Source: a virus (Duplodnaviria; Heunggongvirae; Uroviricota; Caudoviricetes). Taken from it: a stretch of 61,304 bases of DNA. The stretch lies in IMG/VR virus record IMGVR_UViG_3300015155_000017, one strand, 5' to 3'. This document shows, piece after piece, positions 32,009 to 40,463 of this stretch; positions within the stretch are counted from its first letter, which is position 1, and each line of letters begins with the position of its first letter. Position numbers and translations under genes: made by a program. The notes beneath the pieces were generated by a model. That model saw nothing but the letters and a program-made list of their open reading frames with translations. It did no database searches and was not told where the DNA came from.

Positions 32009-33492
32009 TGGCCAGAAGTTGCGTAACGGATCCACGTTGGCGCGAGCTGGTGGCGCTATATCGTTATGACTGGATTGCTGCCGCTGATGTTTTGTTCGGC
32101 AAAACACCTACCTGGCAGCAGGATCTGATTATTGAGTCTGTGCAGGAACAGGGTAGCAAGACATCTGTTTCGTCTGGTCACGGTACCGGGAAATCAGACA
32201 TGACTTCTATCATGATCATGTTGTTCATAATCATGTATCCAGGTGCCCGTGCCATTATCGTTGCGAACAAAATTCAGCAGGTAATGACCGGTATATTCAA
32301 GTACATCAAGATAAACTGGGCTACTGCCACCAGCCGTTTCCCATGGCTTGCTGATTATTTTGTTCTGACAGAAACCGCTTTCTATGAGATTACTGGTAAA
32401 GGTGTATGGACTGTAGTACCGAAGGGCTTTCGTCTGGGAAGTGAAGAAGCTCTCGCCGGTGAACACGCAGATCATCTTCTGTATATTATCGATGAAGCCT
32501 CCGGTGTCAGTGATAGAGCTTTCGGTATCATCACCGGTGCTCTTACCGGACAGGATAACCGCATCTTATTGCTGTCACAGCCTACACGCCCAAGCGGCTA
32601 TTTCTACGATACACACCATAAACTGGCCAAGCGTCCTGGTAACCCTGATGGCGTTTATACGGCGATCACGCTTAACAGTGAGGAATCACCGTTGGTAACG
32701 CCAGCATTTATCAAAATGAAGCTGGCGGAGTACGGCGGGCGTGATAACCCTATGTACATGATTAAGGTACGCGGCCTATTCCCTAAATCACAGGATGGCT
32801 TCCTTCTTGGACGTGATGAGGTTGAACGTGCAACGCGGCGGAAAGTCAAGATTGCAAAAGGATGGGGCTGGCTTGCATGTGTGGACGTTGCTGGTGGTAC
32901 GGGACGGGATAAGTCCGTTATCAATATCATGATGGTGTCCGGCCAGCGAAATAAACGCCGTGTAATCAACTATCGAATGCTGGAATACACAGACGTTACA
33001 GAAACGCAGCTTGCCGCCAAAATTTTCGCAGAATGTAATCCTGAGCGATTCCCAAATATCACCATAGCGATAGACGGCGATGGCCTGGGTAAAGCAACGG
33101 CGGATCTGATGTACGAGTATTATGGTATTACCGTACAGCGTATACGCTGGGGTAAAAAGATGCATAGCCGTGAAGATAAGAGCCTGTACTTTGATAAACG
33201 TGCTTATGCCAACGTTCAAGCCGCAGAGGCCGTAAAATCTGGTCGTATGAGACTGGATAAGGGTAATGAAACTATTGAGGAAGCGTCGAAAATCCCTGTA
33301 GGGATTAACTCCGCAGGTCAATGGAAGGTGATGAGTAAGGAGGATATGAAGAAAAAACTCAACCTGCACTCACCAGACCATTGGGATACATATTGTTTCG
33401 CTATGCTGGCTGATTATGTTCCCCAGGATGAAGTGCTTAGCGTCGAAGACGAAGCGCAGGTTGATGAAGCTCTGGCATGGCTTAATGAATAA
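32008..33492 (+). CDS. pacB: terminase large subunit (494 aa)
   Basis: Walker A-like [11 protein letters not shown]; ATGA-coupled to pacA. Confidence 0.85.
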   Translation: MARSCVTDPRWRELVALYRYDWIAAADVLFGKTPTWQQDLIIESVQEQGSKTSVSSGHGTGKSDMTSIMIMLFIIMYPGARAIIVANKIQQVMTGIFKYIKINWATATSRFPWLADYFVLTETAFYEITGKGVWTVVPKGFRLGSEEALAGEHADHLLYIIDEASGVSDRAFGIITGALTGQDNRILLLSQPTRPSGYFYDTHHKLAKRPGNPDGVYTAITLNSEESPLVTPAFIKMKLAEYGGRDNPMYMIKVRGLFPKSQDGFLLGRDEVERATRRKVKIAKGWGWLACVDVAGGTGRDKSVINIMMVSGQRNKRRVINYRMLEYTDVTETQLAAKIFAECNPERFPNITIAIDGDGLGKATADLMYEYYGITVQRIRWGKKMHSREDKSLYFDKRAYANVQAAEAVKSGRMRLDKGNETIEEASKIPVGINSAGQWKVMSKEDMKKKLNLHSPDHWDTYCFAMLADYVPQDEVLSVEDEAQVDEALAWLNE

Positions 33493-33516
33493 CTCATTGA
33501 CCATGCCGGATAGAAA

Positions 33517-34368
33517 CTATTGCGCGCTTTCGGGGTTGTCGTTTACTGGCTGCCCCTTCTTAGTTTTACGGCTGCGCGTAACTGATGCGGCTGATTTGAC
33601 CTTTTTCTCTTCGCGAGTGATGGCAATTTGTTTTTTTACATTTTCAATATCTGCCAGGCGATATATTTTTGCCTGCGGCCAGCGGTCGCAGATGATCGGT
33701 TCTATAGAGTCATAAAGGCTAAATTTTGCTTTCTCGAATTCACCGTTGATGATGATTCCATCACGGAGAGTTTCATCGCAGATAAACACACCACACAGCG
33801 GCACATGGTAACTAACTGATTTACCATCATTGTAGTTAGGGCTACTGGAAATGTAGTGGACGCGCAGCATTGTTTCGCTAAAGCCGTGTACACGCATACG
33901 GAATTTTTCATCCTCCGGGTACTGCTTCATTAGCTCTTTTGTTGCTTCCAGGTTCTCTATGTATTTCGCACTGTGCTCATTGAACCCCGCGCTTTTCTGG
34001 ATGCGAATGTCCTTATCAATCAGATGAATAATGCGGCCAGCGGTCATGTTGACGCTGTTCACAGCTTCTGTCTGATAAGTCGTAACCTTACGCACACCGC
34101 GAAGGATGTTAGGCACAGGATATAAAATAGTCTTTGGGATATTGAGGTCTGGGTACTGTTCCAGTTCCCGCGCCATTAAAGTCCATTTATCAATTTCAGC
34201 CTGAATGCTGTCCGTTTCTTTGAACGGCAGAACGACAACCGGGCGTACAGGACGACCGTCGCTGGCGGCATCAACGTGTTGGGCGCGTGCAACAGCTTTT
34301 TTTAGAAAGAGATCCCTGAAGCTGACGAACTCCTGGTACAGTTGTTCGCCGTAGACATAATTTATCAT
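33517..34368 (-). CDS. c1: C1 repressor of lysis (283 aa)
   Basis: Length and sequence match P1 C1 as I recall it. Confidence 0.9.
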   Translation of the reverse strand: MINYVYGEQLYQEFVSFRDLFLKKAVARAQHVDAASDGRPVRPVVVLPFKETDSIQAEIDKWTLMARELEQYPDLNIPKTILYPVPNILRGVRKVTTYQTEAVNSVNMTAGRIIHLIDKDIRIQKSAGFNEHSAKYIENLEATKELMKQYPEDEKFRMRVHGFSETMLRVHYISSSPNYNDGKSVSYHVPLCGVFICDETLRDGIIINGEFEKAKFSLYDSIEPIICDRWPQAKIYRLADIENVKKQIAITREEKKVKSAASVTRSRKTKKGQPVNDNPESAQ

Positions 34369-34390
34369 TGATCCTCCTCCAGAATTGACA

Positions 34391-34433
34391 TGGCCAACAA
34401 CTCACAGCGGATTACACTGGGAGTTGTTGGCCA
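34391..34433 (-). other. 13-bp perfect inverted repeat in the c1 leader
   Basis: TGGCCAACAACTC ... GAGTTGTTGGCCA immediately upstream of the c1 RBS. Confidence 0.5.
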
Positions 34434-34464
34434 CCATTATAGAAGGATCCAACGAAAATAATAG

Positions 34465-34478
34465 ATTTATTAGTGCAT
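34465..34478 (-). promoter_or_regulatory. C1 operator-like variant between coi and c1
   Basis: ATTTATTAGTGCAT, one or two mismatches to consensus. Confidence 0.35.
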
Positions 34479-34688
34479 TTATTGTGAGTCTGGCTGGTTA
34501 GTGGCCATGAGATATTCGATTGTGTCAGTGAGATCATCCAGGTCGTCTTGGGTGATGCGGTACTCCTGATTGGATATCTTTGAGTAGTGTTCAGCAATGG
34601 CGCGGGCAGCGTCGGTTTCGGCGGGGTCTACAGATAAAGCGTTAGAGCAATGTCTAACGTCGTCGATGGTTGGTGGAATGAAAGCCAT
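34479..34688 (-). CDS. coi: C1 inactivator (69 aa)
   Basis: 69-aa acidic protein directly upstream of c1, as in the P1 ImmC region. Confidence 0.8.
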   Translation of the reverse strand: MAFIPPTIDDVRHCSNALSVDPAETDAARAIAEHYSKISNQEYRITQDDLDDLTDTIEYLMATNQPDSQ

Positions 34689-34926
34689 AATTATGCCTCA
34701 CTGTATTGACAACACAGAGCCTGAAGCTCTGACCTACTGTTTCACCCATGATCCATGCTGGGGTAATCTAACAACATTGCGCTGTGTGTAAGATGAGCAA
34801 TGCATAGCTGTAATGCCGTTGTATAAGGTTTCCCTGTTTGCTCATTTCCTTCTGAGCCGCTCTACAACGCTGAAGACACATTAAATAGTGAATCCAAAGT
34901 CGTATTACGAAACGGCGGCAAAACTA

Positions 34927-34943
34927 TAATTTATTAGAGCAAT
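34927..34943 (-). promoter_or_regulatory. C1 operator (inverted)
   Basis: AATTTATTAGAGCAAT. Confidence 0.6.
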
Positions 34944-35009
34944 TGTCAAACAACTATGAAAAACAATCCAGTTTTTGGCTGGTGGAGTGGGATTTTTCTC
35001 TCAAAATTT

Positions 35010-35026
35010 ATTGCTCTAATAATTCT
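35010..35026 (+). promoter_or_regulatory. C1 operator
   Basis: ATTGCTCTAATAATTCT. Confidence 0.6.
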
Positions 35027-35069
35027 TGATTTTTATGCGCAGCTGGACGTAAACTCCTCTTCAGACCTA

Positions 35070-35103
35070 ATAACTTCGTATAGCATACATTATACGAAGT
35101 TAT
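35070..35103 (+). other. loxP site-specific recombination site
   Basis: Exact ATAACTTCGTATAGCATACATTATACGAAGTTAT. Confidence 0.98.
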
Positions 35104-35292
35104 CTTAAGGGTTATTGAACATGATCAATTTACCTGTAAATCCATACAGTTCAATACCTTATCAGGTCAAATAGTGATCACTTGATCATTTGATCAAGGT
35201 TGCGCTACGTAAAATCTGCGAAATGTTGGCAGTGTTAGTGCTCCAGATTTCGCGTAGCGCACTTAGCACCACCAATCAATCAGAGGTGAAAA

Positions 35293-35514
35293 ATGGGATA
35301 TTCAGCTGCTAAAGTGTCCACTCATATTGAGCTTGAGAAAAACCGTGGCTACTGGCGGGCAAAAGGGTTTGATCGTGATAGTTGTCAACTGTCATTATCG
35401 CGCGGTGAAGAGAAAATAGAACGCACGCGCGGTCGCTGGCGTTTCTATGACGAGAACCATAAACAGGTAAAGGCAGAGCCGATCCTGTACACTTTACTTA
35501 AAACCATTATCTGA
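35293..35514 (+). CDS. possible small protein in the cre leader (73 aa)
   Basis: GAGGTG SD before ATG; may only be the leader region carrying the cre promoters. Confidence 0.3.
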   Translation: MGYSAAKVSTHIELEKNRGYWRAKGFDRDSCQLSLSRGEEKIERTRGRWRFYDENHKQVKAEPILYTLLKTII

Positions 35515-35521
35515 GTGTTAA

Positions 35522-36553
35522 ATGTCCAATTTACTGACCGTACACCAAAATTTGCCTGCATTACCGGTCGATGCAACGAGTGATGAGGTTCGCAAGAACC
35601 TGATGGACATGTTCAGGGATCGCCAGGCGTTTTCTGAGCATACCTGGAAAATGCTTCTGTCCGTTTGCCGGTCGTGGGCGGCATGGTGCAAGTTGAATAA
35701 CCGGAAATGGTTTCCCGCAGAACCTGAAGATGTTCGCGATTATCTTCTATATCTTCAGGCGCGCGGTCTGGCAGTAAAAACTATCCAGCAACATTTGGGC
35801 CAGCTAAACATGCTTCATCGTCGGTCCGGGCTGCCACGACCAAGTGACAGTAATGCTGTTTCACTGGTCATGCGACGGATCCGAAAAGAAAACGTTGATG
35901 CCGGTGAACGTGCAAAACAGGCACTGGCGTTCGAACGCACTGATTTCGACCAGGTTCGTTCACTCATGGAAAATAGCGATCGCTGCCAGGATATACGTAA
36001 TCTGGCATTTCTGGGGATTGCTTATAACACCCTGTTACGTATAGCCGAAATTGCCAGGATCAGGGTTAAAGATATCTCACGTACAGACGGTGGGAGAATG
36101 TTAATCCATATTGGCAGAACGAAAACGCTGGTTAGTACCGCTGGTGTAGAGAAGGCACTTAGCCTGGGGGTAACTAAACTGGTCGAGCGATGGATTTCTG
36201 TCTCTGGTGTGGCTGATGATCCGAATAACTACTTGCTTTGCCGTGTCAGAAAAAATGGCGTAGCTGCGCCATCTGCCACCAGCCAGCTATCAACTCGCGC
36301 CCTGGAAGGGATTTTTGAAGCAACTCATCGATTGATTTACGGCGCTAAGGATGACTCTGGTCAGAGATACCTGGCCTGGTCTGGACACAGTGCCCGTGTC
36401 GGAGCCGCGCGAGATATGGCCCGCGCCGGAGTTTCAATACCGGAGATCATGCAAGCTGGTGGCTGGACCAACGTAAATATTGTCATGAACTATATCCGTA
36501 ACCTGGATAGTGAAACAGGGGCAATGGTGCGCCTGCTGGAAGATGGCGATTAG
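35522..36553 (+). CDS. cre: Cre tyrosine recombinase (343 aa)
   Basis: MSNLLTVHQNLPALPVDATSDEVRKNLMDMFRDRQAFSEHTWK... matches Cre. Confidence 0.98.
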   Translation: MSNLLTVHQNLPALPVDATSDEVRKNLMDMFRDRQAFSEHTWKMLLSVCRSWAAWCKLNNRKWFPAEPEDVRDYLLYLQARGLAVKTIQQHLGQLNMLHRRSGLPRPSDSNAVSLVMRRIRKENVDAGERAKQALAFERTDFDQVRSLMENSDRCQDIRNLAFLGIAYNTLLRIAEIARIRVKDISRTDGGRMLIHIGRTKTLVSTAGVEKALSLGVTKLVERWISVSGVADDPNNYLLCRVRKNGVAAPSATSQLSTRALEGIFEATHRLIYGAKDDSGQRYLAWSGHSARVGAARDMARAGVSIPEIMQAGGWTNVNIVMNYIRNLDSETGAMVRLLEDGD

Positions 36554-36570
36554 CCATTAACGTGTAAATG

Positions 36571-36587
36571 ATTGCTCTAATACTTTG
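36571..36587 (+). promoter_or_regulatory. C1 operator upstream of cra
   Basis: ATTGCTCTAATACTTTG. Confidence 0.55.
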
Positions 36588-36603
36588 ATATTTATGGCGA
36601 CAT

Positions 36604-36915
36604 ATGAGAAAGAATTTCAACATCGACGGAAAATATGTAGTGCTGTCAGTGAGCACTAATATTCAGTCGCCAGCCGTCATTGTCACTGTAAAGCTGAGCG
36701 ATAGAATGCCTGATATTGACTCAATATCCGTTGCGTTCCCTGTCAGAAGTATGCGTAGTGCTGAACATTTCGTGATGAATGCCACCGAGGAAGAAGCACG
36801 GCGCGGTTTTGCTAAAGTGATGTCTGAGTTTGGCGAATTTTTGGGGCACGTTGACAAAGCCCTCTCAATCAGTTCAGCAAGGTCCAAAGCATTAACAGCT
36901 TCCATGATGAAATAA
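36604..36915 (+). CDS. cra: cre-associated function protein (103 aa)
   Basis: Position directly after cre; symbol from P1 order. Confidence 0.6.
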   Translation: MRKNFNIDGKYVVLSVSTNIQSPAVIVTVKLSDRMPDIDSISVAFPVRSMRSAEHFVMNATEEEARRGFAKVMSEFGEFLGHVDKALSISSARSKALTASMMK

Positions 36916-36921
36916 AAAAAA

Positions 36922-36949
36922 GCCTGGCAAGGAGCCAGGCTGCACAAAA
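36922..36949. terminator. hairpin after cra (A-tract upstream, so intrinsic terminator for the minus strand)
   Basis: AAAAAAAA GCCTGGC AAGGA GCCAGGC. Confidence 0.45.
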
Positions 36950-37047
36950 GAGCGGGTTTGTATTCCGCATCCAATCAATCAAGAAGGAGTATAGCACACA
37001 GGTACTGAAGTGAAAAAATGTGATTCGCGATAAACAAAATATCTACC

Positions 37048-37077
37048 ATTGCTCTAATTGATTGCTATAATTGAGCC
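37048..37077 (+). promoter_or_regulatory. two overlapping C1 operators upstream of ref
   Basis: ATTGCTCTAATTGATTG and ATTGCTATAATTGAGCC. Confidence 0.6.
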
Positions 37078-37131
37078 GCAGTTTTTGTCAACTACGAAGA
37101 CGTTGCCATTACTTAACTCCTTGACATCATT

Positions 37132-37158
37132 GGCGGCCATCAGGCCGCCTTTTTTTTG
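37132..37158 (+). terminator. terminator/attenuator hairpin immediately upstream of ref
   Basis: GGCGGCC ATCA GGCCGCC TTTTTTTTG, 4 bp before the ref ATG. Confidence 0.6.
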
Positions 37159-37162
37159 CCAT

Positions 37163-37723
37163 ATGAAAACAATCGAACAAAAAATTGAACAGCACCGTAA
37201 GTGGCAGAAGGCAGCCAGAGAACGAGCGATCGCTCGGCAACGGGAGAAGTTGGCTGATCCGGCCTGGCGAGAATCGCAATATCAGAAAATGCGGAATACT
37301 ATCGACCGCCGTATCGCTAAACAGAAAGAGCGCCCACCAGCCAGCAAAACGCGGAAAAGCGCGGTAAAAATAAAATCTCGTGGCTTGAAGGGGCGAACAC
37401 CGACGGCAGAGGAACGGCACATAGCCAATGCTCTTGGCGCTCTCCCCTGCATTGCGTGCTATATGCATGGAGTAATATCTGAAGAGGTGTCTCTGCACCA
37501 TATCTCCGGTCGTACCGCGCCGGGTTGTCACAAAAAGCAATTGCCCCTTTGTAGATGGCACCACCAGCATGCAGCACCGGCTGAAGTAAGAGAAAAATAC
37601 CCCTGGCTGGTCCCTGTTCATGCCGATGGTGTGGTTGGAGGCAAGAAAGAATTCACCCTGCTGAACAAGTCAGAGATGGAGTTACTGGCTGACGCCTATG
37701 AGCTGGCAAACATCATGCACTAA
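37163..37723 (+). CDS. ref: Ref, HNH-type recombination enhancement endonuclease (186 aa)
   Basis: Cys/His HNH core CIACYMHG...HHISGR...CRWHH. Confidence 0.8.
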   Translation: MKTIEQKIEQHRKWQKAARERAIARQREKLADPAWRESQYQKMRNTIDRRIAKQKERPPASKTRKSAVKIKSRGLKGRTPTAEERHIANALGALPCIACYMHGVISEEVSLHHISGRTAPGCHKKQLPLCRWHHQHAAPAEVREKYPWLVPVHADGVVGGKKEFTLLNKSEMELLADAYELANIMH

Positions 37724-37759
37724 TAAATATATTATTTTTAATAATAAATGATTGACAAC

Positions 37760-37771
37760 TGACAAGTGACT
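37760..37771 (+). promoter_or_regulatory. candidate late promoter element TGACAAGTGACT upstream of mat
   Basis: Motif family member. Confidence 0.3.
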
Positions 37772-37872
37772 TCAGTCAGAATCATCACACGCCCGGTACG
37801 GATGGATCCCTTTTCAAATATTCCATGGACGGCACAGTCTGAGTACCGGGCGCTACCTTCAGTTGTATTGCT

Positions 37873-37900
37873 AAGCCGCCGCTGGTGGCTTTTCTTTTTT
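37873..37900 (+). terminator. terminator-like hairpin directly upstream of the mat RBS
   Basis: AAGCCGCC GCT GGTGGCTT then TTCTTTTTT. Confidence 0.5.
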
Positions 37901-37912
37901 GTAGGGGGCGCT

Positions 37913-38554
37913 ATGGATAAGAAAATATGCGTTGTTTCGATGAGCGTCGGCAAACCGGCATCAATGACTGCTGCATGGATCAATAACGAGCTGATAATGG
38001 CTGAGCGGACCAGCTACCCTGAACGCCGCCGCGATATGGAACTCCAGCTGCTGCGCGAATTGCGAGAAAAAGAGGAAAAGGGTTTTATCGTGCTGGTGGA
38101 AGAGGAAAACAGCTTTATTACTGGTCGAGTTGGCCAGCGTGTAAGGTTGCGCGATCCCTTCATGAACGGCAGGCCGGTACTAATTGAGGCAATGCAGATT
38201 TATAAGGAGCTGGAACGCCAGAAAGCAATCAAGTTACCGCGCAAGGAATCCGGCAAATACATCCTCCACCAAAGCATCTTCGATTCCGAACACGATAAAA
38301 AAGGCGATGAATTTTTCAACATCAACTGGAGCGAAATAACGACAGAGCATGTTCTGACGTTACTATGTTGCTTTGCGACGGAATACAACAACGTTGCCAG
38401 CGCCGACTACATCAGGGCAATGGCTTGTGAAGTGGATAGTCGTGATGACTCATCGCTGATAGCGTCATATATAAACATCATCAAGAAAACTCAAATTATG
38501 GGATGCGCTAGAGTTCCTCAAGGAATACTCACCGGAAAGAATAATATTCTATAA
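37913..38554 (+). CDS. mat: particle maturation protein (213 aa)
   Basis: AGGGGG SD before ATG 37913; P1 position after ref. Confidence 0.65.
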   Translation: MDKKICVVSMSVGKPASMTAAWINNELIMAERTSYPERRRDMELQLLRELREKEEKGFIVLVEEENSFITGRVGQRVRLRDPFMNGRPVLIEAMQIYKELERQKAIKLPRKESGKYILHQSIFDSEHDKKGDEFFNINWSEITTEHVLTLLCCFATEYNNVASADYIRAMACEVDSRDDSSLIASYINIIKKTQIMGCARVPQGILTGKNNIL

Positions 38555-38597
38555 CCTACGAAGGTTATTTGTTACTTTCTGCGTAAACCCACAACTC

Positions 38598-38619
38598 ACC
38601 TTCCTAAGTTAAGGAAGGT
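38598..38619. other. hairpin in the mat / 346-aa ORF convergent intergenic
   Basis: ACCTTCC TAAGTTAA GGAAGGT. Confidence 0.4.
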
Positions 38620-38651
38620 ATTTATCATGAAGTGTAGACATAAGCGTATTA

Positions 38652-39692
38652 TTACATGGGATTAACCACAACCTTTCCATATATATCAAGTTTTGATTGT
38701 AATACGTTGACGTGAGACAATTCTTTATTCGAACTAACTTTATCTAAAATTATATTTTTATCTTTTTCAGTCATGTTATACCCTAAGGTAATTTGCTTGA
38801 ATGCAGAAAAAGGAATTTTCTTTAAGTTAATTTCATGATAGTCATGAAAAACATTAGGATACTCATTTAATAGGCAATCATCAATCGATGGAGAGACAAT
38901 GCTTCCTATTTTTCTCTCGCAATCAGCCAATGGAAAAATAATTCTACTTTCATTTTCAGGAAGCCACTCTTCACCTTTTGTATAAAGAAGCCTATTAATA
39001 AAAAGCTCGCGAACTGAATCTCGATTTAAGATCCCATGCAATGTATTATCTTTATTCTTTATATCTATATTCCTCGATGGCGCAGGATAGCCATTAAATC
39101 GCACTGCGCCTTTATAATAGGTTACAGATGCTCTATCTTCTGGATTATAACTAACATCACACGGCCGATATATTTTGAAAAAATCGTGTGTTTCATCGAA
39201 AACTACAGCAAACCCCTTTCCTATCGATGCATAATGAGTCCACATGTGTAGATTGCAATCACTTTTTGATAGAGAGAACACACCAAGATGACAGCTTACG
39301 GCTTCTACTAAATAATCGTTAAGGCGCGTTACTATTTCTTGGAGTTTAGATTCATCATATGAATCCATTGAGGTAAAACCTTCATTGATTAACAAGTGTG
39401 GAAAATCCTCTCCGTATCGTTTCCCGCAAGGTTTTAAATAATACTCTAACTCTTGTATAGATGGGACATAAGATGGATCTCGTTGCATTTTCTTAAATTC
39501 ATTTCTAGCCCATGCGTAATCGGCTGGTGAAAATTTATTAAAAAATGGAAGAAGTCGCGACTCACTCGACGGATCATTAAGATACTTTGGTTGCGTTGCT
39601 CTAAAGAAACCATCCTCCAGACAAGATGTTCGAATGTGCATGCCCGGCCAAGGTTTTTCCATATAACTCTCGCCTATATATTTAACTAACAC
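38652..39692 (-). CDS. hypothetical protein of unknown function (346 aa from GTG; 336 aa from ATG at 39662); candidate defence/exclusion gene at the P1 res-mod position
   Basis: AT-rich ORF unlike the flanking P1 backbone; sits where P1 carries res-mod; contains GVFSLSKSDCNLHMWTHYASIGKGFAVVFD, which I tentatively recall as the DUF2971 signature. Confidence 0.7.
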   Translation of the reverse strand: MLVKYIGESYMEKPWPGMHIRTSCLEDGFFRATQPKYLNDPSSESRLLPFFNKFSPADYAWARNEFKKMQRDPSYVPSIQELEYYLKPCGKRYGEDFPHLLINEGFTSMDSYDESKLQEIVTRLNDYLVEAVSCHLGVFSLSKSDCNLHMWTHYASIGKGFAVVFDETHDFFKIYRPCDVSYNPEDRASVTYYKGAVRFNGYPAPSRNIDIKNKDNTLHGILNRDSVRELFINRLLYTKGEEWLPENESRIIFPLADCERKIGSIVSPSIDDCLLNEYPNVFHDYHEINLKKIPFSAFKQITLGYNMTEKDKNIILDKVSSNKELSHVNVLQSKLDIYGKVVVNPM

Positions 39693-39713
39693 TGTATATC
39701 GTTCCTGTTGTTT

Positions 39714-39734
39714 AAGCCCATATCATATGGGCTT
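39714..39734. other. near-perfect 21-bp palindrome between lxc and the 346-aa ORF
   Basis: AAGCCCATAT C ATATGGGCTT. Confidence 0.5.
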
Positions 39735-39744
39735 TAAATGATTA

Positions 39745-39993
39745 TTAATCAGCATTCAGAAGCAATGCGTTATCTATGATGATCTGCTCCCATTCTTCGA
39801 ATGCCCGGTCACGGACGCCCTGGGGAACGCTGTTAGTTTTGAAATCGACGACCGTCCGCCATTTTCCGTCCGGACGGTACATGCGCAGAGCTTTACTTCC
39901 CCCTTCCCTGCGCACCTCAACGTTATGCTTATCAGCAAACTCTTGTAATGCTCGTAGCGTCCCATGCTTTACTGTGTAGTATCGCTTTTTCAA
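39745..39993 (-). CDS. lxc: Lxc, C1 co-repressor (82 aa)
   Basis: Size and position downstream of ulx/darB as in P1. Confidence 0.7.
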   Translation of the reverse strand: MKKRYYTVKHGTLRALQEFADKHNVEVRREGGSKALRMYRPDGKWRTVVDFKTNSVPQGVRDRAFEEWEQIIIDNALLLNAD

Positions 39994-40430
39994 GTTTTCT
40001 CTCCAGCCTGTGCTAAGGCTTCAACTTCCAAATCGTAAGACTCAAACTCATAGTCCTGGTCGTCAACCTCTTCAGGCACTGGCAGTAAATGCCAGGCTGA
40101 GTATATCTGACCATTATCAAAACGCTCCTGGCTGTAGAGCGTCGCAGCTATGAGCGTCAGCGCCGGGCGGTCATAACGGTAAATTTTGCGAACGTCACGG
40201 TCAACGAGACGACCGAAATTACCATAACCGCGCTCCAGTAATAATTTTTTAATTTCCGGCCAGTATGGACCATAGCTGCGGTACAGGCGGGGATTTTTCA
40301 GTAATCGCCCGCGTAGCCCTGACAGGAAGAAATCAACGTATTCGTCTTCTGTCTTTCCTAACAACGCTGTACGGAGTACCGCCTCAAGATATGTTTTATT
40401 CGGTTTTATTGTATCAGATAGTGTGGCCAT
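39990..40430 (-). CDS. ulx: Ulx (146 aa)
   Basis: Overlapping-stop operon with darB and lxc. Confidence 0.65.
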   Translation of the reverse strand: MATLSDTIKPNKTYLEAVLRTALLGKTEDEYVDFFLSGLRGRLLKNPRLYRSYGPYWPEIKKLLLERGYGNFGRLVDRDVRKIYRYDRPALTLIAATLYSQERFDNGQIYSAWHLLPVPEEVDDQDYEFESYDLEVEALAQAGEKT

Positions 40431-40463
40431 ATTATGCGACGCCCGGCGAACCGGGCGCTCCTG

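Noticed and set aside
39036-39251. 71-aa ORF antisense to the 346-aa candidate gene
   Set aside because: Low-complexity AT-driven translation embedded in the larger ORF; judged spurious.
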